Assembly: GCA_964016885.1 (NCBI GenBank)
Contig: OZ024756.1
Span: forward strand, 11,470,001-11,534,000
Length of the DNA stretch: 64,000 nucleotides
Reading direction: 5' to 3'
Origin: Eledone cirrhosa
Lineage: Eukaryota
Part shown: positions 52,365-64,000 of the stretch, in pieces
Layout: each line of letters opens with the position of its first letter
Numbering within the stretch: position 1 is the first letter of the stretch
Notes under the pieces: generated by a model
Seen by the model: only the letters and a program-made list of their open reading frames with translations
What the model was told of the DNA's origin: nothing
The model's database searches: none
Program-made: the position numbers and the translations under genes

Positions 52365-55300
52365 TAGACTATATGATCTCAGCTGTACTATACTATATGA
52401 TCTCAGCTGTACTATACTATATGATCTCAGTTGTACTATACTATATGATCTCAGTTGTACTATACTATATGATCTCAGTTGTACTATACTATATGATCTC
52501 AGCTGTACTATACTATATGATCTCAGTTGTACTATACTATATGATCTCAGCTGTACTATACTATATGATCTCAGTTGTACTATACTATATGATCTCAGCT
52601 GTACTATACTATATGATCTCAGTTGTACTATACTATATGATCTCAGCTGTACTATACTATATGATCTCAGTTGTGCTATACTATATGATCTCAGTTGTAC
52701 TATACTATATGATCTCAGCTGTACTATACTATATGATCTCAGTTGTACTATACTATATGATCTCAGCTGTACTATACTATATGATCTCAGTTGTACTATA
52801 CTATATGATTTCAGTTGTACTATACTATATGATCTCAGCTGTACTATACTATATGATCACAGTTGTACTATACTATATGATCTCAGCTGTACTATACTAT
52901 ATGATCTCAGTTGTACTATACTATATGATTTCAGTTGTACTATACTATATGATCTCAGCTGTACTATACTATATGATCTCAGCTGTACTATACTATATGA
53001 TCTCAGCTGTACTATACAATATGATCTCAGTTGTACTATACTATATGATCTCAGCTGTACTATACTATATGTTCTCAGCTGTACTATACTATATGATCTC
53101 AGCTGTACTATACTATATGATCTCAGTTGTACTATACTATATGATCTCAGTTGTGCTATACTATACTATATGATCTCAGCTGTACTATACTATATGATCT
53201 CAGTTGTACTATACTATATGATCTCAGCTGTACTATACAATATGATCTCAGTTGTACTATACTATATGATCTCAGCTGTACTATACTATATGATCTCAGC
53301 TGTACTATACAGTATGATCTCAGCTGTACTATACTATATGATCTCAGTTGTACTATACTATATGATCTCAGTTGTACTATACTATATGATTTCAGTTGTA
53401 CTATACTATATGATCACAGTTGTACTATACTATATGATCACAGTTGTACTATACTATATGATCACAGTTGTACTATACTATATGATCACAGTTGTACTAT
53501 ACTATATGATCACAGCTGTACTATACTATATGATCTCAGTTGTACTATACTATATGATCTCAGATGTACTATACAATATGATCTCAGCTGTACTATACTA
53601 TATGATTTCAGTTGTACTATACTATATGATCTCAGTTGTACTATACTATATGATCTCAGTTGTACTATACTATATGATCTCAGTTGTACTATACTATATG
53701 ATCTCAGCTGTACTATACTATATGATCTCAGTTGTACTATACTATATGTTCTCAGCTGTACTATACTATATGATCTCAGCTGTACTATACTATATGATCT
53801 CAGCTGTACTATACTATATGATCTCAGTTGTACTATACTATATGATCCCAGTTGTACTATACTATATGATCTCAGTTGTACTATACTATATGATCTCAGT
53901 TGTACTATACTATATGATCTCAGTTGTGCTATACTATACTATATGATCTCAGCTGTACTATACTGTATGATTTCAGTTGTACTATACTATATGATCTCAG
54001 TTGTACTATACTATATGATCACAGTTGTACTATACTATATGATCTCAGCTGTACTATACAATATGATCTCAGCTGCACTATACTATATGATTTCAGTTGT
54101 ACTATACTATATGATCACAGTTATACTATACTATAGGATTTCAGTTGTATTATACTAAATGATCTCAGTTGTACTATACTATATGATCTCAGCTGTACTA
54201 TACTATATGATCTCAGCTGTACTATACTATATGATCTCAGCTGTACTATACTATATGATCTCAGTTGTACTATACTATATGATCTCAGTTGTACTATACT
54301 ATATGATCTCAGTTGTACTATACTATATGATCTCAGCTGTACTATACTATATGATCTCAGCTGTACTATACTAAATGATCTCAGTTGTACTATACTATAT
54401 GATCTCAGCTGTACTATACTATATGATCTCAGCTGTACTATACTATATGATCTCAGCTGTACTACACTATATGATCTCAGCTGTACTATACTATATGATC
54501 TCAGCTGTACTATACTATATGATTTCAGTTGTACTATACTATATGATCTCAGTTGTACTATACTATATGATTTCAGTTGTACTATACAATATGATCTCAG
54601 TTGTACTATACTATATGATCTCAGTTGTACTATACTATATGATCTCAGTTGTACTATACTATATGATCTCAGTTGTACTATACTATACTATATGATCTCA
54701 GCTGTACTATACTATATGATTTCAGTTGTACTATACTATATGATCACAGTTGTACTATACTATATGATCTCAGCTGTACTATACTATATGATCGCAGTTG
54801 TACTATACTATATGATCTCAGTTGTACTATACTATATGATCTCAGCTGTACTATACTATATGATCTCAGTTGTACTATACTATATGATCTCAGCTGTACT
54901 ATACTATATGATCTCAGTTGTACTATACTATATGATCTCAGTTGTACTATACTATATGATCTCAGTTGTACTATACTATACTATATGATCTCAGTTGTAC
55001 TATACTATACTATATGATCTCAGCTGTACTATACTATATGATCACAGTTGTACTATACTATATGATCTCAGCTGTACTATACTATATGATCTCAGTTGTA
55101 CTATACTATACTATATGATCTCAGCTGTACTATACTATATGATCTCAGTTGTACTATACTATATGATCAGCTGTACTATACTATATGATCTCAGTTGTAC
55201 TATACTATATGATCTCAGCTGTACTATACTATATGATCTCAGTTGTACTATACTATACTATATGATCTCAGCTATACTATACTATATGATCTCAGCTGTA

Positions 55301-56378
55301 CTATACTATATGATCTCAGTTGTACTATACTATATGATCTCAGTTGAACTATACTATATGATCACAGCTGCACTATACAATATGATCTCAGCTGTACTAT
55401 ACTATATGATCTCAGCTGTACTATACTATATGATCTCAGTTGTACTATACTATATGATCTCAGCTGTACTATACTATATGATCTCAGTTGTACTATACTA
55501 TATGATCTCAGCTGTACTATACTATATGATCTCAGCTGTACTATACTATATGATCTCAGTTGTACTATACTATATGACCTCAGCTGTACTATACTATATG
55601 ATCTCAGTTGTACTATACTATATGATCTCAGTTGTACTATACTATATGATCTCAGTTGTACTATACTATATGATCTCAGCTGTACTATACTATATGATCT
55701 CAGCTGTACTATACAATATGATCTCAGTTGTACTATACTATATGATCTCAGTTGTACTATACTATATGATCTCAGCTGTACTATACTATATGATCTCAGC
55801 TGTACTATACTATATGATCTCAGCTGTACTATACAATATGATCTCAGTTGTACTATACTATATGATCTCAGCTGTACTATACTATATGATCTCAGCTGTA
55901 CTATACTATATGATCTCAGCTGTACTATACTATATGATCTCAGCTGTACTATACTATATGATCTCAGCTGTACTATACAATATGATCTCAGTTGTACTAT
56001 ACTATATGATCACAGCTGTACTATACAATATGATCTCAGTTGTACTATACTATATGATCTCAGTTGTACTATACTATATGATCTCAGCTGTACTATACTA
56101 TATGATCTCAGCTGTACTATACTATATGATCTCAGTTGTACTATACTATACTATATGATCTCAGTTGTACTATACTATATGATCTCAGTTGTACTATACT
56201 ATATGATCTCAGTTGTACTATAGTATACTATATGATCTCAGCTGTAATATACTATATGATCTCAGTTGTACTATACTATATGATCTCAGCTGTACTATAC
56301 TATATGATCTCAGTTGTACTATACTATATGATCTCAGTTGTACTATACTATATCATCTCAGTTGTACTATACTATATA
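52365..56378. repeat. 24-bp minisatellite array (~165 copies, occasional +CTATA 29-mers)
   Basis: Unit ATGATCTCAG(C/T)TGTACTATACTAT. Confidence 0.97.
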
Positions 56379-56504
56379 ATTAGAAGTTGCAGGCTTTTAC
56401 CTCCTACATCAAACAAGGTAGATTACAGTTTGTTTATATACATGTATGTTTGTGTGTATATATATATTTATACACATGTATGTATGTATTGTGTATATAT
56501 TTGC

Positions 56505-56546
<42 letters not shown>

Positions 56547-56572
56547 AAAGGGATATTTAATTTGTTGGTAAT

Positions 56573-57280
56573 TCAACAAATATATATATTTATAACTGAT
56601 TCAAAGCACTCAACAGATTTTCTGGAGTATAATATCAATGATATTAATAAATATCCAGGTAAAACTTCAACTTGAACTGTTAAGATCTCGTTCCTAGATA
56701 TGTCAATATTTATAAAACAAATTTTGAATTTTATCTGAAGAGAGCGTACCAAAGTTTTGGTACCCTTGAAATATATATAATAGAATAAATATGGTTTTAT
56801 AAATATAGTTTCCATTTATTAATATCATTGATATATATATATATATACGATATTAAATAAATGGAAACTATATTTATAAAACCATATTTATTCCACTATA
56901 TATATTTCAGGGATATCATATTAAAAATATGGTATGCCTTCTTCAGACAAAATACAATATAAACAGTCTTATAAATAGATAGATTTGATATACCTTACAA
57001 CTTCAACTTCCATTTAAAAAGTTGATTTGGTATCAAATCAACTTTTTAAATGGAAGTTGAAGTTGTAAGGTATGTCAAATCTATCTATTTATAAGACTGT
57101 TTATATTGTATTTTGTCTGAAGAAGGCATACCATATTTTTAATATGATATCCCTGAAATATATATATAGTGGAATAAATATGGTTTTATAAATATAGTTT
57201 CCATTTATTTAATATCGTAAATATACTCCAAATACTTGTTGAGTGCTTTTATATCAGTTATAAATATTTACTCGTTGTAA
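56573..57280. mobile_element. Cluster of inverted PLE-type terminal repeats carrying three hammerhead-like cores
   Basis: Near-perfect palindrome 56846-57029/57034-57219; related copies at 56660-56835 (+) and 56573-56651 (-); CTGAAGA-stem-GAAATATATA cores. Confidence 0.7.
56731..56783 (+). ncRNA. Type-I hammerhead-like motif
   Basis: TTAT-CTGAAGA-GAGCGTACC(AAAGTTTT)GGTACCCTT-GAAA-TATAT-ATA-ATAG. Confidence 0.6.
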
Positions 57281-57305
57281 CCCAACAATTTAAATAAAAC
57301 TTTGC

Positions 57306-57386
<81 letters not shown>

Positions 57387-57393
<7 letters not shown>

Positions 57394-57777
57394 CCCGCCT
57401 TGCCTAAGTACAAAGCGAAACCTACAGTCAATATACAGTCAACAAAAATACACCCCCGTCCCACTACCCCCACCCCTTTCAATGTAAAGTTATGTTGGTA
57501 CCACAACATCCAGTCCTAAACAAATGAGGTCGTGTAGGTGTCACGACAAAAAAAACACACAGTCCACGCTGTAATGTGGCCGTGTAGGTAACACAGTAAA
57601 AACCTCCCAGTCCACACTGTAAACGTGGTTGGTGTTAGGAAGGGCATCCAGCCGTAGAAAACCTGCCAGACAGTCCCATACGAGCGAGACAACCACTCTT
57701 GCCTTAAGTGGGACAATTCCCATCTAAACCGATGCTAGCGTGGAAGATAGACGTTAAACGATGATGATGATGATGAT
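57387..57777 (+). mobile_element. RTE LINE 3'UTR copy (same family as 16380-16789)
   Basis: Collinear similarity from GAGAAGACCCGCCTT to the (GAT)n tail. Confidence 0.88.
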
Positions 57778-58374
57778 ATATATATATATGAAACACAAAT
57801 CCAAATTTTGAAGACCAACACAATGTGTTTGAAGAATTTTAAATTGCTAAGATAACAATTTATCTTGGCAATTTAACATTCTGTGTGAATATATATACAC
57901 ACGTTTACATATATATACATACACACATACAAACAATAATGTAGTAGTCCTGGTGCCATAACTAACCGCACCTTACAATATTCCTATATCCATGACCCTT
58001 TTATTTTGAAATTAAATATATTATTTTCATTTTATTCCTCCAATCAATATTTTATTTCGTTTTATTCTACCAATCAATATTTTATATACATCTGATTTTA
58101 TTTTTTTAAATATTTTACATTTCATTTATTTTTTTGTTTACTTCAAAATATTTATAATTAAGATTGATTAGTGTTTCAATTCCCGTTTGTCAGGAAATCA
58201 TTCCTAGTTAAAACACAAACTTGCAAAACCATTTCTGATTAAAATCAACACTAGTTATATATATATATAGTTATGTAATTCATACATATATATATATATA
58301 TATAAATTCAGCGAGAATCGTATTTCAGCGGGTAGAAGTAAGCGAAACGCAATTACCGCAATATATATATATAT

Positions 58375-58765
58375 GGAGGCACATGGCTTAGTGGTTAGAG
58401 CATTGGCCTTGCAATCGAAAGGCTGTGAGTTAAATTCTCAGACCAGGTGATGTGTTGTTTCCTTGAGCAAGACACTTTATTTCACATTGCTCCAGTTTAC
58501 TCAGCTGTAGAAATGAGATGATAGGACTGGGGTCCCTATCATTTCACTGCAAAGTGGTCGTGGAGTGCCACGGCAAAAAAGCACTCAGCACTCACTGTAA
58601 AGTGGACGTGTAGGCGCCACAGAAAGAAAAGCACCCAGCACTCACTGCAAATGAGGTTGGTGTTAGAAGGGCATCCAGCTGTAGAAATCAAGCCAGAATC
58701 AGTTCCCGTCCCACCCTAGCAAGCAGGGAAAAGCGGATGTAAAAAAAATGAAATGAAATGAAAAA
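58375..58765 (+). mobile_element. SINE family B, full length, with an internal ~48-bp duplication
   Basis: Matches 23841-24185; G(T/C)GCCAC...AAAAGCA(CT/CC)CAGCACTCACTG occurs twice. Confidence 0.9.
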
Positions 58766-59124
58766 AGAAATATATATATATATACACACACACACACATA
58801 CATACTCACACACATGATATATATATATATATATATACACAAATATAATATATGTATACATAGACACACATGTATATATATATATATATATCTTTGTGTG
58901 TGTGTGTGTATGTATATATATACATACACAGTGTATTTGGTAATTTGATTAGTTTATTAGCTTAGTTGACAATCTGCTTATTATATTATAGTGAGGCAAA
59001 GTTGAACTCAATACCACAAATATTGCACGGGACTTTATGATGTAGGATTAAAATAAAAAGTTAATTGTTGTTGATTAGATTTCCATTGCATGCAAGGTTT
59101 CATTTAACTGTAGTCTGGGGGTCA

Positions 59125-60666
59125 GCATCATCACCATCATCATCACTGCCACCATCACCATCATCTTCACTGCCACCACCACCATCATCATCACTGCCAC
59201 CACCACCATCATCACTGCCACCACCACCACCATCATCACTGCCATCACCACCACCATCATCACTGCCACCACCACCATCATCATCACTGCCACCATCACC
59301 ATCATCTTCACTGCCACCACCACCATCATCATCACTGCCACCACCACCATCATCACTGCCACCACCACCATCATCACTGCCATCATCACCACCATCATCA
59401 CTGCCACCACCACCATCATCATCACTGCCACCACCACCATCATCACTGCCACCACCACCACCATCATCACTGCCACCACCACCATCATCATCACTGCCAC
59501 CATCACCATCATCTTCACTGCCACCACCACCATCATCATCACTGCCACCACCATCATCATCACTGCCACCACCACCATCATCACTGCCACCACCACCATC
59601 ATCACTGCCATCATCACCACCATCATCACTGCCACCACCACCATCATCATCACTGCCACCACCACCATCATCACTGCCATCACCACCACCATCATCACTG
59701 CCACCACCACCATCATCACTGCCACCACCACCATCATCATCACTGCCACCACCACCATCATCATCACTGCCACCACCACCATCATCACTGCCACCACCAC
59801 CATCATCACTGCCACCACCACCATCATCACTGCCACCACCACCATCATCACTGCCACCATCACCATCATCTTCACTGCCACCACCACCATCATCATCACT
59901 GCCACCACCACCATCATCACTGCCACCACCACCATCATCACTGCCATCACCACCACCATCATCACTGCCACCACCACCATCATCATCACTGCCACCATCA
60001 CCATCATCTTCACTGCCACCACCACCATCATCATCACTGCCACCACCACCATCATCACTGCCACCACCACCATCATCACTGCCATCATCACCACCATCAT
60101 CACTGCCATCACCACCATCATCATCACTGCCACCACCACCATCATCATCACTGCCACCATCACCATCATCTTCACTGCCACCACCACCATCATCATCACT
60201 GCCACCACCACCATCATCACTGCCACCACCACCATCATCACTGCCACCACCACCATCATCACTGCCACCACCACCATCATCATCACTGCCACCACCACCA
60301 TCATCATCACTGCCACCACCACCATCATCACTGCCACCATCATCATCACTGCCACCACCACCACCATCATCACTGCCACCACCACCACTATCACTGCCAC
60401 CACCATCATCATCACTGCCACTACCACCACCATCATCACTGCCACTGCCACCACCACCATCATCATCACCGCCATCACCACCATCATCTTCACTGCCACC
60501 ACCATCATCATCACTGCCACCACCACCACCACCATCATCACTGCCACCACCACCACCATCATCACTGCCCCCACCACCACCATCATCACTGCCACCACCA
60601 CCATCATCATCACCGCCATCATCTTCACTGCCATCACCACCATCATCTTCACTGCCACCACCACCA
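59125..60666. repeat. Compound (CCA)n(TCA)nCTG trinucleotide array
   Basis: Read directly; abuts the assembly gap. Confidence 0.93.
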
Positions 60667-60866
60667 NNNNNNNNNNNNNNNNNNNNNNNNNNNNNNNNNN
60701 NNNNNNNNNNNNNNNNNNNNNNNNNNNNNNNNNNNNNNNNNNNNNNNNNNNNNNNNNNNNNNNNNNNNNNNNNNNNNNNNNNNNNNNNNNNNNNNNNNNN
60801 NNNNNNNNNNNNNNNNNNNNNNNNNNNNNNNNNNNNNNNNNNNNNNNNNNNNNNNNNNNNNNNNNN
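60667..60866. other. Assembly gap (200 N)
   Basis: Run of N. Confidence 1.
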
Positions 60867-61003
60867 ATATATAATATGTATATGTATATATATGTATATA
60901 TATATGTATATATATATATATGTGTATATATATGTATATATATATGTATATATATATATATGGTGTATATATATGTATATATATATGTATATATATATAT
61001 ATG

Positions 61004-61057
<54 letters not shown>

Positions 61058-61138
61058 AATATATTATATACATATATATGTATATATATATATATATACA
61101 TATATATAATATATATATATATACATATATATATATAC

Positions 61139-61213
<75 letters not shown>

Positions 61214-61257
61214 ATATATATATATACATATGATATATATATGTAAATATATATATG

Positions 61258-61288
<31 letters not shown>

Positions 61289-61337
61289 GTATATATATAT
61301 GTATATATATATGTATATATATATGTATATATATATG

Positions 61338-61370
<33 letters not shown>

Positions 61371-61658
61371 GTATATATATAATATATATATGTATATATA
61401 TGTATATATACATATATGTATAACAATATATATATATATATACATATACATATATGTATACATATATATATATATATACATATACATATATGTATACATT
61501 ATATATATATATATATACATATATATATACATATATATATATATATAAATATATATAAATATATACATATATATATATATATACATATATATATAATATA
61601 AATATATATATATATATATATAAATATATTATAAATATATATATATATATATATAAAT

Positions 61659-61706
<48 letters not shown>

Positions 61707-61756
61707 AATATATATATATATATATATAAATATATATATAATATAAATATATATAT

Positions 61757-61802
<46 letters not shown>

Positions 61803-61803
61803 T

Positions 61804-61863
<60 letters not shown>

Positions 61864-61873
61864 AATATATATA

Positions 61874-61905
<32 letters not shown>
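60867..61905. repeat. (TA)n-rich microsatellite
   Basis: Read directly. Confidence 0.95.
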
Positions 61906-61906
<1 letters not shown>

Positions 61907-62405
61907 TAATAAAAGGAATTCCAACTTTGTCTTGATTTACTCATTTTATTTACAATCCTTTAAAATTTATAATGGTATTAGAATGAAATAGTATGGTAGA
62001 ATATTAAATGTTAAGTGTTAATTGAACAAGTACTTTTATGCTTTCGCAATCTTCAGGTTCAAATTGTGTGGTGACAGTCAAGTTTGCAATTTTCAACAGT
62101 TGAAAATTGCAAACTTGACTGTCACGACATTATGAACCTGAAGATTGCAAAAGCATGAAAAGTACTTGTTCAATTAACACTTAACATTTAATATTCTACC
62201 ATACTATTTCATTCTAATACCATTATAAATTTTAAAGGATTGTAAATAAATGTTTTCTACTTTAGGCACAAGGGCCAGGCAATTACCAGTGCATTACAGG
62301 TACTTTATTTTATCGACCCCGTAAGGATGGAAAGGCAAAGTCAACCTAGGCGGGATAAATAAAACGAGTAAATCAGGCAAAGTTGGAATTCCTTTTATTA
62401 ATATA
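61903..62405. mobile_element. Inverted-repeat (palindromic) PLE-type terminal-repeat cassette with a hammerhead-like core in each arm
   Basis: Arms of ~195 bp centred on 62098; GAAC-CTGAAGA-TTGC(G/A)AAAGCAT-(G)AAAAGTACTT-GTTC at 62134-62171 (+) and 62024-62060 (-). Confidence 0.72.
62251..62355 (-). mobile_element. 5'-truncated SINE family A inside the right arm of the palindrome
   Basis: Family match; TSD TAAATAAA. Confidence 0.85.
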
Positions 62406-62445
62406 ATCTTCTATACACCATCATACATACCCATGTCTCTCTCTC

Positions 62446-62529
<84 letters not shown>

Positions 62530-62982
62530 TGAGAGAGTGAGGGATCATATGTAAATGAGATGACCTTTTCCCTCAACTTATCTGAGAGATCAGTACTTCT
62601 GATTAGATTAAGTACTGACTTACAAACAACCCCTGCTTAGAGGGAGGCCCCCACCCCATCCCGGATGTTTAATGATGGTGATGATGATGTCTTTGTACAT
62701 GACCTACATGTTTATTATGATACCTAAAATATGAAACAAAAACAATGTTCCTTGACCTACTGGAGAGACCCTACTGACAGAACCTGTTGGGGGTGGGGTT
62801 TGATTCGGAACAAAGATGAGGGGGGGGGGTGCAGGAACATATTACTGATGTGTGTGGGACGAGGAGGGGTGGGGGGTGGGGTTTAACAGCACCAGATGTC
62901 ACTACATAATAGAATAACCAGATAGAAATTAGATGGTTCCTTTCTAATATTTCCACCTGGCTCTTAGTCTCTCGCACGCACG

Positions 62983-63158
<176 letters not shown>

Positions 63159-63469
63159 TGTGTGTGTGGTGCACACACACACGGTATCAGTTTCCCTCTT
63201 GTTTATTTGTCCATACACACACATTCACTCTCACACACACTCTTGGTTTTTGTCTACACACACACACACACAATCACACACACACACACACTCTCTCTCT
63301 ATCTCTCGTGTGTGTGTGCACCACACACACACACGGTATCAGTTTCCTTCTTGTTTATTTGTCCATACACACACTCTTGGTTTTTGTCTGCACACACAAT
63401 CACACACACACCTCCCGTCCTCCCCTCATTCTCAAACACACACTCTTGGTTTTTCTCCACATATCACAC

Positions 63470-63915
63470 ACACATCTACACATGTTCACTACACACACAC
63501 ATCTACACATGTTCACTACACACACACATCTACACATGTTCACTACACACACATCTACACATGTTCACTACACACACACATCTACACATGTTCACTACAC
63601 ACACACATCTACACATGTTCACTACACACACATAGACACATGTTCACTACACACACACACATCTACACATGTTCACTACACACACACACATAGACACATG
63701 TTCACTACACACACATCTACACATGTTCACTACACACACACACATAGACACATGTTCACTACACACACGCACATCTACACATGTTCACTACACACACACA
63801 TCTACACATGTTCACTACACACACAGACAAATGTTCACTACACACACACATCTACACATGTTCACTACACACACACACATAGACACATGTTCACTACACA
63901 CACACATCTACACAT
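63470..63915. repeat. ~25-29-bp CA-derived minisatellite
   Basis: Unit CAT(CT/AG)ACACATGTTCACTA(CA)n. Confidence 0.9.
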
Positions 63916-63942
63916 CCTATATATACAAATATCCGAAAATAT

Positions 63943-64000
63943 AATTGTTTCTACTTTAGCACAAGGCCAGCAATTACCCAGTACATTACTGGTACTTTAT
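63943..64000 (-). mobile_element. SINE family A 3' end (runs off the window)
   Basis: AATTGTTTCTACTTTAGCACAAGGCCAGCAATTACCCAGT. Confidence 0.8.

Noticed and set aside
59065-61586. Extensin-like SSLPPPP or G/D-rich ORFs
   Set aside because: Compound trinucleotide microsatellite open on both strands, running through an N gap

Overview
Eukaryotic (metazoan) repeat-rich, apparently non-coding DNA. The tRNA-derived SINE families, RTE-type (TGA)n tails and very high microsatellite density suggest an octopod cephalopod genome (inference, not a database result). No host protein-coding gene could be recognised; all very long ORFs in the track are read-throughs of tandem repeats. About 30 kb is minisatellite/satellite arrays with units of 42, 51, 96, 97, 31, 72, 59, 48, 45, 125, 64 and 24 bp. 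The rest is microsatellites, a 200-N gap and transposon remnants: two Penelope-like elements (an RT fragment and a GIY-YIG fragment), RTE and R4/Dong-like LINE ends, three or more SINE families, a maT/Tc1-mariner deletion derivative, piggyBac-like and hAT MITEs. Two themes stand out. (1) Eight minimal type-I hammerhead-ribozyme-like cores from four sequence families, including two ORF-less inverted-repeat (palindromic) cassettes carrying ribozyme cores on both strands. (2) At least five tandem arrays can be traced to a short piece of the transposon they sit in, i.e. TE-seeded satellite birth seen repeatedly at one locus.
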